Shown: positions 43,343 through 53,740 of the stretch, piece by piece
How the letters are laid out: each line of letters starts with the position of its first letter
Numbering within the stretch: position 1 is the stretch's first letter
Assembly: GCF_000142905.1 (NCBI RefSeq)
Contig: NW_013657660.1
Coordinates: 210,056-274,055, forward strand
DNA length: 64,000 nt
Source of the DNA: Thecamonas trahens ATCC 50062
Taxonomy: Eukaryota; Protista; Apusomonadida
Reading direction: 5' to 3'
The notes under the pieces: model-generated
Databases searched by the model: none
Seen by the model: only the letters and a program-made list of their open reading frames with translations
What the model was told of the DNA's origin: nothing
Translations under genes and position numbers: made by a program

Positions 43343-44812
43343 ATGCTGGGCGCCCTGCTGCGCTCCCGTCGGCGGGCGGTGGTCCTCGTCCTGCTCGGCA
43401 TGCTCGTCGGCTACGCCGCTGTCATCGCTTGGGTCGACACCACCCACTACAACCGCTGCCACGCCGCCCACCTGGTTGCCCCGCGTCGCACCGACGACCT
43501 GGACCCGCGGAGTCTGACAACCTCCGCTTCGACCCATCTCCCGCCAAAGCCCGTCGTCGACCCGCTGCCGCTTGCCACAGCCGAACCGTGGAGCCCGGTC
43601 ATCGGCGCTGCCGCCGCCGCACGCCAGCGTGCGGCTGCAGACGCGCAATGCGGGGCAAAGGGTCTGCAGGTCGCCGGGAGCGACGTCCTGGGCATCCTTC
43701 CCTCTGTCGTTCACACCTACTGCACTGGCCACGTCGCCGCGTCGGACGCCGCACAGATCACGCCGCTGGCAAGCAAGCTGGCGCACCTGGTCTCGCCCCT
43801 CGGAGAGATGATTGTCGCCACAGGCTCAGTCATCTCGGATCTCGACGCCACCCTCTTTGCTGCCACCATTGACTCGCTCCGCTGCGCCGGTGTCATCGAT
43901 ACCGCCGCCGTCCTTGTCCTCGGCCCGATCCGCGACTCGGACATCACGACGCTCCGCGCCGCCCACCCAGACGCCAACCTCGTGCACTATCCGGGCGACG
44001 ACAACGCCCATCCAGGTGCCGCTCGCTTCGCTGCCCTTGCCGAGCTTCTTCGCGCCGGTATCTCCGTTTTCCACGTCGGTCCGACTGCCATGCTCATCCG
44101 CGACCCGCTCGCCAACGGTGGCGTCGTCCGCGATGCTGACGTCGAGGGCATCACTGCCGGGTGGGAGACCTCCACCCGCTATGGCTATGGGCCATGGTCT
44201 GATGACCCCACTATGGGCTGGGGCCGCTTCTGCATGAACATGCGCCTCTTCGACCTCTCGCCGCAGCTCATCTACCTCCGCGCCACCCTCCCCACTCTCT
44301 CGCTCCTCGACCGCGTCGCCGCCACCCTCGCCGCCGACGCCTCGGCTGCGCTCACCTCGCCGCCAGACGACATCGCCAAGCCGACGCCGGTCGCCCCGCT
44401 TCCGGGCGCCTCCGACTCGGTCGCCGCCACACTTCATCTCGAGTCTTACTACTTTAATGCACTTGCGCTTCCGCGCCACCACGGCGCCTTCCTCTTCCCG
44501 CAGCCGAAGATCCGCATCTTGGAGCCACCGTCGTTTGTCACTTCGCTCGACTTTTTCACCATGGCCGACCGCGCAAAGGCAAGCATCCACCGCCGTGGCA
44601 TCGCCCTCGCTCTCCTCCATCACGAGCCGACCGACGCCAACGCCAAGGTCCCTCTTCGCCTTGCCAGCCTCTCCGCTTACTTTTGCACCAACGTGCCCCA
44701 AGCCACCTCGGTCTTTGCGACCTTCCCACGTGAGCAGGTCCCGGCCGGAATCCACAAGGACCACTCGGCCCGAGCCTTTGTCGACTGGCCCAACGAGCCT
44801 GATCTTGACTGA
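43343..44812 (+). CDS. GT77 nucleotide-diphospho-sugar transferase-like (RRA arabinosyltransferase-like) type II membrane protein with degenerate catalytic motifs
   Basis: N-terminal anchor. RDADVEGITAGW..STRYGY..DDPTMGWGRF..MRLF....YLRATLPTLSLLDRVA resembles plant RRA as I recall it. Confidence 0.7.
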   Translation: MLGALLRSRRRAVVLVLLGMLVGYAAVIAWVDTTHYNRCHAAHLVAPRRTDDLDPRSLTTSASTHLPPKPVVDPLPLATAEPWSPVIGAAAAARQRAAADAQCGAKGLQVAGSDVLGILPSVVHTYCTGHVAASDAAQITPLASKLAHLVSPLGEMIVATGSVISDLDATLFAATIDSLRCAGVIDTAAVLVLGPIRDSDITTLRAAHPDANLVHYPGDDNAHPGAARFAALAELLRAGISVFHVGPTAMLIRDPLANGGVVRDADVEGITAGWETSTRYGYGPWSDDPTMGWGRFCMNMRLFDLSPQLIYLRATLPTLSLLDRVAATLAADASAALTSPPDDIAKPTPVAPLPGASDSVAATLHLESYYFNALALPRHHGAFLFPQPKIRILEPPSFVTSLDFFTMADRAKASIHRRGIALALLHHEPTDANAKVPLRLASLSAYFCTNVPQATSVFATFPREQVPAGIHKDHSARAFVDWPNEPDLD

Positions 44813-44818
44813 CACTCT

Positions 44819-47800
44819 TTACTCGCCCGGGCTCCACACCACGCGCCGACCACGCTTCGCAGCCTGAACCCGCCGCGCGTACGTCAAAAGGCCGACCGTC
44901 CCACGTCCGCCTGCGCTGCTGGGCACCGCGATGCCGCTCCGCAGCCCGCCGTCGACCGCTGCCACGACTGCAGTCACAAGCTGTGGCGCACGTGCTTCTC
45001 CCAGCCCGTCTCCCGCCGTCGCACTTGCCACAACAGCCCGACGTTCTGCTGGGAGACGCTCGCTCTGCCGCGGGCCCACAGCCAGCGCTGTCGCGCCGTA
45101 CACAGCCAGCACTGCTGCTACCGGCAGAACGCCGCACGCCGCCGCCGCAACTGCAGCCACCCCACTCCATCGCGCTGCACGCAGTCGCCCGTCGTCACCG
45201 TATTCCTCAAGCACGTCCGCGGCGAGCGCCCACGACGCCCAAACCACCGAGGCGCTGACGGCAAAACGCACTGCGAGCATCGGCCCGACACAGCCGCCAG
45301 ACGCAAGCACGCCGGCCACCAGTGGCATCACGCTCGCCAGCGCTGCCCCATCGGCCCGGGTTGGAAACGACGCCGCTACTGCACCAACCGCAAGCGCGGC
45401 AACCGCGCCTGAAACGTCGCGGCCAAGCCCGATGCTAAGCGCGGCCAGACCCGCGAGCACACACGTTGTGCCTGCCATTGACACCACAGGCAGGATCCAC
45501 ATCGGCGCGCCTCGCGACGGCAGCAGATCCTTCAGCTTTCGCCCCTCGACAAGACCCAAGAACGTGCCAAAGCTCCACACAGAAATACATGCCAGCCCCA
45601 TCCACGGGACCGACCTCTGGAACCGCATTGCCAGCGCTCCAGCCCGGACCATTGACGCCAGCGCCACCCCCCACGACAAGCCGTGCAGCAAAATCTGTGC
45701 CGAGCGGACTCTCCGCAGTCTACCGGCATGTGCCAGGACGGCCACTACTCCGCACCAGCACAACCAGGCCGCGGTGAACGCAAAGCTTGCGTCAAACCTG
45801 AAAGCCGCTCCTGTCCGCCACGGCGCGCCCGGGTCAAGCCGCAGCGAGATCGGATGCAGGATGCACCCGGCCAGCCCGACAAAGAGCGTGTCAAAGTGTG
45901 CGTTGTCGCGATCTGTCACGCGGTCGCGCCCAAACACAAGCAGTGCCCAGTGAAACACGCCAATCGCGATCAGGAGCGTCGTGCACATCAACTCCGACGA
46001 GATAGCAGGCGGAACACACCACGGTGCCGCAACTGCCAAGCCAGACCAGACCACGTTCCCGGCGCTTGTCATTGCGGACCACGCCCAGCAGCCCAGCACG
46101 CTGCTCGTAGGACCGACCAGCGTGGCCCAGTCGAGCCATTCCACGAGCAACGTGACACTGCTTGGCACGCACTCGATCAGCTGCACAGGGACAAATGCCA
46201 GAACAAGCGCGCGAACGAGGCAGTACAGAGCTAGACCAAGGACAAGCCCCAAGGCCACCGCCGGCAGCAGCGGCCGCTGCATCCGCGACGCCCGCATGAG
46301 GAAGACCTGGCTTGACTCGACCAGCTGCTCAGAACGCTCCATCAGCACATCGATGCTCTCTCCGCGGTCCAACAAGTTGTCGATGTTGCTTAGCATGGCA
46401 TCCTGGACGCGAGCCACATCAGCTTCGGCTTGGAAAATCGAGCTGTTCTGGTTGTTGTCACGCCGCATCCGCCGCCGCCGCCGGCGTGCCGGTTGTGGCG
46501 GCGCGAGCTGGGGTCGCGTCTGTCCACCAAAACTTGCACTGCCTGCAGCACTCGCCATGTCGTCTTCCTCCGGAGCCGCCTCGCCGCCTTCTTCGTCGAC
46601 GATCGCGTAGCCGCCGCGTGGCGCTTGGGGTGCTGCCGACACGGACGAGCGTGATGCCCTTTTGCCAGGCCGCTTCTTCTTCTTCTCCTCCTTCCTGGGG
46701 GCCACCTGCCCTGCGTTGCGCGGCTGCGCAACTGGCCCCGAGGCCAGGCCACTCACCGGCGCCGACATTGGTGCATCGGCGACGGCGTGGGAGGCGAGCT
46801 GCTCGCGTTGCAACGCGCGTCGGCGCTCGTTGCGCTCATCGCGGACACAGAACACGTCAAGCGACCGCAACTCGGGCGCGTTTGCCTCGGTCTGTGCGAT
46901 GAGCCCGTCCAGAACCGAGATATCGGCGTCGGTCAGCATCAGCTCGTTGACCTCGACGCTGTCGCCGTCGTCGGTGCTTGCAGCAAGCGCCGACGAGAGC
47001 GTCGCGAGATCCAGCCGCTGTCGGCCATTGCTCCCGCTTGACTCGGCCATGTACAGCATGCCACCGGTCTCCGCTGCCGAAACTTGCGCGCCGCCGAGAC
47101 CACGCTCGGCCTCGCGCTCATTGCCCCGCAGACTGTGCCACTCGAGATACGGCAGCGGATCCTGGTACGATGCTGCGGTTGCATGCCAGGCTTCCAGATC
47201 GAGGACAGGACTACCCCACGCAAGCGACGATTCCTGGGTAGCCACCAGAGCCGTAAATGGCGAGACAAGACCGAACCGCAGCGCGAGATTCTCCAGCGGC
47301 CTGACCAGCGCTGCGGTCAGCCTCTGGTGCACGCCAGGATCCACATCGAGAAGGCCGTGCTCCCAGTCGCTAATGAGCGCCGCAGCCGCCAGCGCATGCA
47401 CTGTCCGCCCGCGGGTGAATGACAGCGGCTGAGTGTAAACAACCTCGTGAAAGGCGTCGCCGTCGGGCGTCTGCCCACGAAGCGATGCACGGATGCAGTA
47501 GTCAACAAAGCCATAGACCACCACAGGCTCGCCCTCAAAGATCGCACCCATCACCCGGGGTGACTGAAGCAGACCGATGGCATTGTCACCAGCGGTCTCC
47601 GTGGTCTGGTGCCACTCAACCGCAACGTTGCGGAGCGAGCGAGCAAAGCCGCGCCGCGCTTGCCGCGCCAGTTGAGTCCGCCACAGCGACGACGTTGCCG
47701 TGTCCAGCACCTCGCCGGCCCCACCGCCGGCCAGCGCGGGCGCGAGGACCGAGCCGCTCCGCCCGGGCGCCACATCAAAGCCGACGCCGAGGACGCGGAG

Positions 47801-50760
47801 CCGTGAGGCCTGCGGCGTTGCCAGCACCGCAAGCGCAGCCACAACATCGCGGGCGTGCCCGTTCGAGATCCACACCACAGTTGTCGGTACGCCCGGGGCT
47901 AGTGCGCGCGGCGAGCCCAAAGCCACCACGCCGGCTAGGACTGGCGCCAGCGCCACCGGCTTGCTCCCCGGCGCCTGTGCCCTCGCGAGCGGGACAAGAG
48001 AGCTCGACGCGGCATGGACCAGCTGCTGCACCGTGTTCGGGCCAAGCGCCAGCGGCTGCGGCGTGATCCACGCCGGGCACCGACCCTCCGCGCCCGCCAT
48101 GACCAGCTCGACGAGCGCGGCCTTGCCGGATGTCACCGCCTCAGCCTGCAGCGCCTCTAGCATGAGCAGGACCGCGGGCTCTATCTTGTCACCAAGCGAG
48201 GCGTCGAGGGCAAGAACAAAGTGTGCGTGCGCAACCGCGCCCGCTCGGGTCTCGTCGGCGACCCAGTCATCGTCGTCAAATCGCGGATAGAACGCAAGCA
48301 GCGCGGCGCGGTGACGGCTTGAATCGTCGAGCTCTTCCACCCACATCCGCGGCGCGTGTGCCTGCTCGCACGAGACCGTCACCCAGAGGTCACCGTCAGC
48401 CCAGCTCCCTGCGTCCGGCGGCGATGCCACCACCAGCTTGGACGCGGTCTGTTTGGCCACCGCAAAGTGCGGCGAGGCGCTCACGTCGCGAATCGGATAC
48501 TGGCTCTCAAAGGCGAGAAGCAGCCGCGGCGGGGCTCTGGTTGTGGGAAAGAGCGAACTCGGCAGAGTCAGCCTCACCGCATCACTGGTCTGCTCCAGTT
48601 CCTGGACCCACTCGATGCGGACAAAGACGCTCGTCGACGGCGCAACTGCGCCGAGCTCCATCCGAAACTCGCGTGCAGCCTGGGCGTCATCGTCGGCTTG
48701 CAGCAGCATCGAGGCTTGGCCTGCAGCCTGCGCGGCTGTATGCGCTGCGCGCGCCGCACCTTTGCGCTTGACACTTGAGACCAGGAGCCGGTCGCCGATC
48801 TGGGCCTGGAAGCCCACAACCGCCGCTGACCCTGCCGCAGCCAGTGGAAAGACAAACGCGCTAGTCAACGCCCTTCTCGTTGTGTTGGTGTAGTGGAGGA
48901 GTAGCTCAAAGCTCCCGACCATGTCCACCACCGTGCCAGAGAGACTGGCACCAGCGCAGACAAGGCTGACTCCCGACGTTGTCACAACTCCGGCGCAGGA
49001 GGTTGGCGGGGCCGACGGCAGCTGCCACGGAATTCCGACCACATGCGAGGCCGATATCGGGCGGAGCGGCGAGGTGGCGCTGACCAGCTCGAGCGGCGGC
49101 GGCCCGACGCTGCCGTCGATCTGGGCCTGTGTCCATGACGTGGCATGCGGGTGCACAGATGCATGCTGGGCAGCGCGGATGGCCTTGACCACATCCGGAT
49201 GACTGCCGATGCCCGAGCCGACAGCCAGACCACAATCGACAGCCGTCGCAACCTGGACTGCGACGACGGCAGCGAGCGAGAGAGCCGACTCATCGAAAAC
49301 GGCCCAGAACTCGTCTTGGAACGCGGTGGCTACCAGGCTCGACGCCGACGACGCGACAGCATGGACTGCGGCGACGCCGAGGTGGGCATACTCGCCTGGC
49401 TGGGCAACCTGCGCCACACGCGAAGCCGAGAGCGAGAACACAGCAATCCAACGCGAAGTTCCCTTGATCGGGAGCTGCGGCAGTCTTGACACGAGGCTGG
49501 GGGCGGCCCACGGCTGCGAGGAGCGAAGCGCCGCCTGCAGCGCCGCCGCCGCCGACCCAAACCCGTAGAGCCCATCGCCGAGGGCCGGGACCGAGCCTGG
49601 GCCGAGCGCAGCTTCCAGCGCGGCGCGCGAGTGCGCAGCACGGGCGTTGCCGCCAACGAGCGAAAAGATCTGCAGCTCGTTGAGCGGGACGTAGATACGG
49701 GTGGTGTTCAAATCGCCGGCACTCTGCGCCTCGCAAAAGACGGCGCGCGGAACGACCCAGAGCGGGGTGTCGGCCGACTCACTTGCGGTACTCCGCAGAT
49801 CAGGGTACTCGGGAATGAACCGACGATTGAGCGAGAGTGAGGCAGTCGCCGAATCGCCATACGACTCAGCGGCGGTCTGAATCGTCTGCCGCGCACGCGT
49901 GCACGCAGTGCTTGCCAGCTGGTGCGGAGGCGCCGAGTCGCCGAAAAACTCATCAGCATCATCATCAGCAGTGCTCGGGAGCCACGTCTCCCACCCAGCA
50001 GCAGCCACCAGCTCGACTGCTCGCCGCGAGGTGAGCGGTTCGAGGTGGAGCTGGACAGGAAAGCCGCGAGGCGGCGCGTTGGAATCGACGCCGCGCGGCA
50101 GGACGGCGTCAGCAGTAGCGTACGCCTCGAGGAGCAGCTCTTGCGACGCGACAAAAGCGTCGCGGGCAAGCATGCTTCCAGCAAAGACATCGCCTGGCAC
50201 GACATGCGCCATGACCGCGCGGCCGTCCCATGCCGCGGTGTACTCGGAGGCAAGATCTTGGATATCAGCCGACGGCGCAGAGGCGAGGCGGGCTAGCGCC
50301 GATGAAATTGCTCCCAGTTTAGAGTACCCCAGCTCTCGCAGCGACGGGAGAGTATACTCGACATCAGTAACAAGCGATGGATACAGCGCGGCGTCAAGGC
50401 CGTGGTAGCCCGCCCTGCGGAGAGCGGCCCGAGAGGCCGGTCGGGCCGCCAGGCGAGACGAGCCGAGGAGCGGCGAGACCGGATCCAGACATGGGACCAT
50501 GCCTTCTGCAAAGACATCAGCACAGACCTTGGCAAACACTGCCCGCGCGTCTGCCGGAGAGGCACACGGATGGACGGCCTCGACCGGCTGACGGGCCAGC
50601 ACCTCGGCTTCGACAACGGCTGCTGTCACCGCCGCCAGCGGCGCTGCCGACACCACGACGGCCAGGCCGGCCTCTGCATCCTCCACCACCTCAACCGCGA
50701 CTATCCGCGAGTTTCCGACAAAAACGCGATACGCCCACCCGCAGGGAGGGTGTTGGCCAT
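44819..50760 (-). CDS. PARP4/vault-PARP-like protein (degenerate ART, VIT, vWA-like) fused to an R-SNARE motif and a multipass TM tail; start uncertain
   Basis: VIT domain HYTNTTRRALTSAFVFPL...AAVVGFQAQIGDR. PARP4-like blocks PRMWVE, VVYGFVDYCIRASL, VHALAAAALISDWEHGLL..LVSPFTALVA and LPYLEW. Synaptobrevin-like VQDAMLSNIDNLLDRGESIDVLMERSEQL. All in one uninterrupted ORF. Confidence 0.72.
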
Positions 50761-50957
50761 GACTTGCGGTGGTGAGCAGAGAGAAGGGTGCTGTCGTACA
50801 GGGTTTGGGAGCTTTGGAATTTTTGGTGAGCAATGGAAAGGCGGCCGTTGGCCACGGAAGGAAGGAAACAAGGCGTATGAATGCATGTGTGTATGTACGC
50901 GTGTGCGCGCGCGCGCGTGTTTGTGTGTGCATGTATGTACCACGGGTTCGCAGACAA

Positions 50958-51767
50958 CTACTTGGGCGGTGCAGATGGCGGCGAGTACGGCGGCGGAGCT
51001 TCGCCACCGTTCGGATCGGCGGACGGATGAGCTGCCGGAAAGGCGGACGGATGAGCTGCGGGGGGCGGGATTGGGTCGGCAGGGTACGGCACGGCCGGGG
51101 GGGCAGGCGCGGGGTAGGCGACGGCGGCAGCAGGTGCAGGGTACGAGGCCTGCTTGGGGCGGTGGTTCGGGTCGACGGCGACTGCAACGCCGCCAACACC
51201 ACCGGGTGATTGATGGAACGGCGGCGGGGCGGGCGCCGCCACAGCACCAGGCTCGGCCGCCGCGCCGGTGTAGTGGATGCGACGGGCCTCATCGCGCATG
51301 CGGGTGATCTCGTTGACCCACCACTCGGCGTGGTAGACGACGACGGCAAAGTGGAACTTCTTGCCCTCCCACGATGAATCGTGCGGCGGCGTGGCGGCGG
51401 TGTAGATACCGGCGACATCGACTAATGCCATGCCCTTGCAGCAGCAGCAGCAGAGACACATGTCATCGTTTGTTTTGCCATCGCGCCACGCGTTGGCGAC
51501 GGCGACCGTGTCGATGTACGCCGCCGGGACCTCAAAGTGAGGAATGGTGACCGGCGTGCACCCCGTTGCTGTCATCCGCAGGCCGACCTTGTAGTCCGAG
51601 GTAAGGTAGAGGTACCCGTTGGTCCCGAGCTCCTTGGACTGGAAGAACCGCTTCTTGATGTTGAATCTGCCTGCTCCCACCGCCGTATGCGCCACGATGT
51701 TCAACGACTGCGCCGCGCTCGGCGTCGGGCCGGCCTTCTTGTTGATGCAGCAAGCACAGTTTCCCAT
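50958..51767 (-). CDS. Hypothetical lipid-anchored protein (MGNCACC N-terminus, Cys cluster, Pro-rich tail with PPPY)
   Basis: ATG at 51767 follows an AC microsatellite. The product has a globular-looking core, MCLCCCCCKG and a C-terminal APPPYSPP. Confidence 0.7.
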   Translation of the reverse strand: MGNCACCINKKAGPTPSAAQSLNIVAHTAVGAGRFNIKKRFFQSKELGTNGYLYLTSDYKVGLRMTATGCTPVTIPHFEVPAAYIDTVAVANAWRDGKTNDDMCLCCCCCKGMALVDVAGIYTAATPPHDSSWEGKKFHFAVVVYHAEWWVNEITRMRDEARRIHYTGAAAEPGAVAAPAPPPFHQSPGGVGGVAVAVDPNHRPKQASYPAPAAAVAYPAPAPPAVPYPADPIPPPAAHPSAFPAAHPSADPNGGEAPPPYSPPSAPPK

Positions 51768-51822
51768 GGCGGTAGGGTGTCGACGAGAACGAGAGGCAAA
51801 AGAGGGGGGAGGGGGAGGTGGC

Positions 51823-51823
<1 letters not shown>

Positions 51824-51874
<51 letters not shown>
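51824..51874. repeat. (GT)n microsatellite, about 25 units
   Basis: Directly visible. Similar AC/CT runs occur near 2450, 3010, 4785, 6580-6630 and 24390. Confidence 0.95.
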
Positions 51875-51878
<4 letters not shown>

Positions 51879-52389
51879 GGAGGCGGGTGCTACGATTTGC
51901 AGGCTTGTCGTGCTCGCTTGCCGCATGCGCCGGAAGACGCGTTCGCAGGAGCCGTTTCGTAACGAGCTGCTGCACTTCGTCCAGACCACCAACTGCCACT
52001 CGACGGGCAAGGGCCTTTCAAAGGCTAATGCCAATTAAAAGTCGCCGTTACCTGTTTGATAAGCATATTTTTTTCCTTCGTATGACACTCGTTCCATCAA
52101 ACTATGGAACGCGCGACTGTTCCCGCAATGCGTCTGCCACGTCGCGTTCAAGGCACCGTCACCCGACGGACACTTGTCGACAGCCCACTCCCCCACTTAC
52201 CACACACGAGTGGCAGACAAACAAGCAACAGTTACTTGTTCTCCGGCATATCCACTTCTCCCTTGTGTTGTTTGCCGACGTATACACCAACTGCTTCCCG
52301 TGCTCTCGGCACTTGCGTGACCCTCACCTCCTCGAGCCTCACTTCGAATCAATCAAGCAAATTCGCCACGTCACACGCAGCTGACCACC

Positions 52390-53626
52390 ATGGACATGGA
52401 GTTCCCGACCGAGTCGTCGGACCTGCTCTCGATGTGCCTCTTCCCACAGTCGTCTGAAGCTACACCAATGGCGACGACGGGCGGCGAAGCTCCGCTTGAC
52501 CCGCTCGACTTTCTCCTCGACGCCCCGGCTGACCAGCTCAAGAGCGGCGGCGAGCCCATGCCGCCGCGTGGCACCCTGGCCGCTGCCGGCCTCTCGCTCG
52601 ACCTACCTGCTGTCGGCGCCGCCAATGGGCTCGACCTCGACAGCTACCTGATGGGCGACGGGTCTGGGCTCGGGCTCGGGCTCGGGCTCTCGCCCGCGGG
52701 CCTGGGCGTGGCCGACTCGGGCACCTCGCCGCTCACCATGGGCCTCGAGCCGATGCTGACGTCGTCGGCGACGCCGCGGACGCTCTCTGCCTCAGCTTCG
52801 CCCGAGCCGGAGACCAAGCCGCGGTTCCAGGCGTCCAAGTCACCGGACCCGTCGCGGGTTGCCCCGCAGTCGACGCCGTCGCCAGACCGCGAGCGGCACT
52901 CAGAGTCTTCTGAGGACGAGGCCTCGCTCTCGTCGTCGCCGCGGACGAGCAAGGCCGGCACCGGCAAGGCGCCGCAGGCCTCGCGCAAGCGCAAGCGCTC
53001 GGCCACCAAGACGTCGCCGGCCAGCGGGCCCAACGCGCCAATCTCGCGCGAGGAGCTCCTCGACCTTGTCTCCAAGGGCCTGCCCAAGCACCTGCTCAAG
53101 GACAACCTCACGCCGGCGGAGCAGCGCGAGCTGAAGCGCCAGCGGCGGCTGATCAAGAACCGCGAGTCTGCACACAACTCGCGCCGCCGCAAGAAGGACT
53201 ACCTCAACCATTTGGAGACCAAGGTGGCGTCGCTCGAGGGCGACAATGCCGAGCTCCGCCGCAAGGTCCACGAGCTGCAGAACCACACCCATGCGCTCGA
53301 GGCTGAGATTGCGCACCTCCGCGCCGCCAACCCCAAGGCGGCCGCAGCGTACGCCGCCTCGCCACAAGGCCTCGCCGCGCCAGTCCACTCGCCATTCTCG
53401 TCGCCTGGCGCGTTTGCGTCTGCTCGCGCGGCGGCAGCCGCCGCCGCGTCGGCGGCCTCGGGCGCGCCGTCGGGCTCAGGCATGTCGACCAACATGAAGG
53501 CGGCTTCGGTCTGCCTCATGGTCATGCTCTTCTCGTTTGGCCTCTTCTTCAACGGGCAGCAGCCGCTGGCGTCGCTTGCGACGTACGGCGGCGCGCTCTC
53601 GGCCGCGGGCCCTGCCCTCGGCACCG
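52390..53626 (+). CDS. Membrane-tethered bZIP transcription factor, ATF6/CREB3-like (3' end lost in the gap at 53627-53726)
   Basis: ELKRQRRLIKNRESAHNSRRRKKDYLNHLETKV, a leucine zipper, then the TM segment ASVCLMVMLFSFGLFFN. Confidence 0.85.
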
Positions 53627-53740
53627 NNNNNNNNNNNNNNNNNNNNNNNNNNNNNNNNNNNNNNNNNNNNNNNNNNNNNNNNNNNNNNNNNNNNNNNNNN
53701 NNNNNNNNNNNNNNNNNNNNNNNNNNGCCCCACCTCAGCC

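Noticed and set aside
50761-51418. N-terminal extension of the 2199-aa ORF
   Set aside because: It overlaps the 50958-51767 gene out of frame and crosses low-complexity intergenic DNA.
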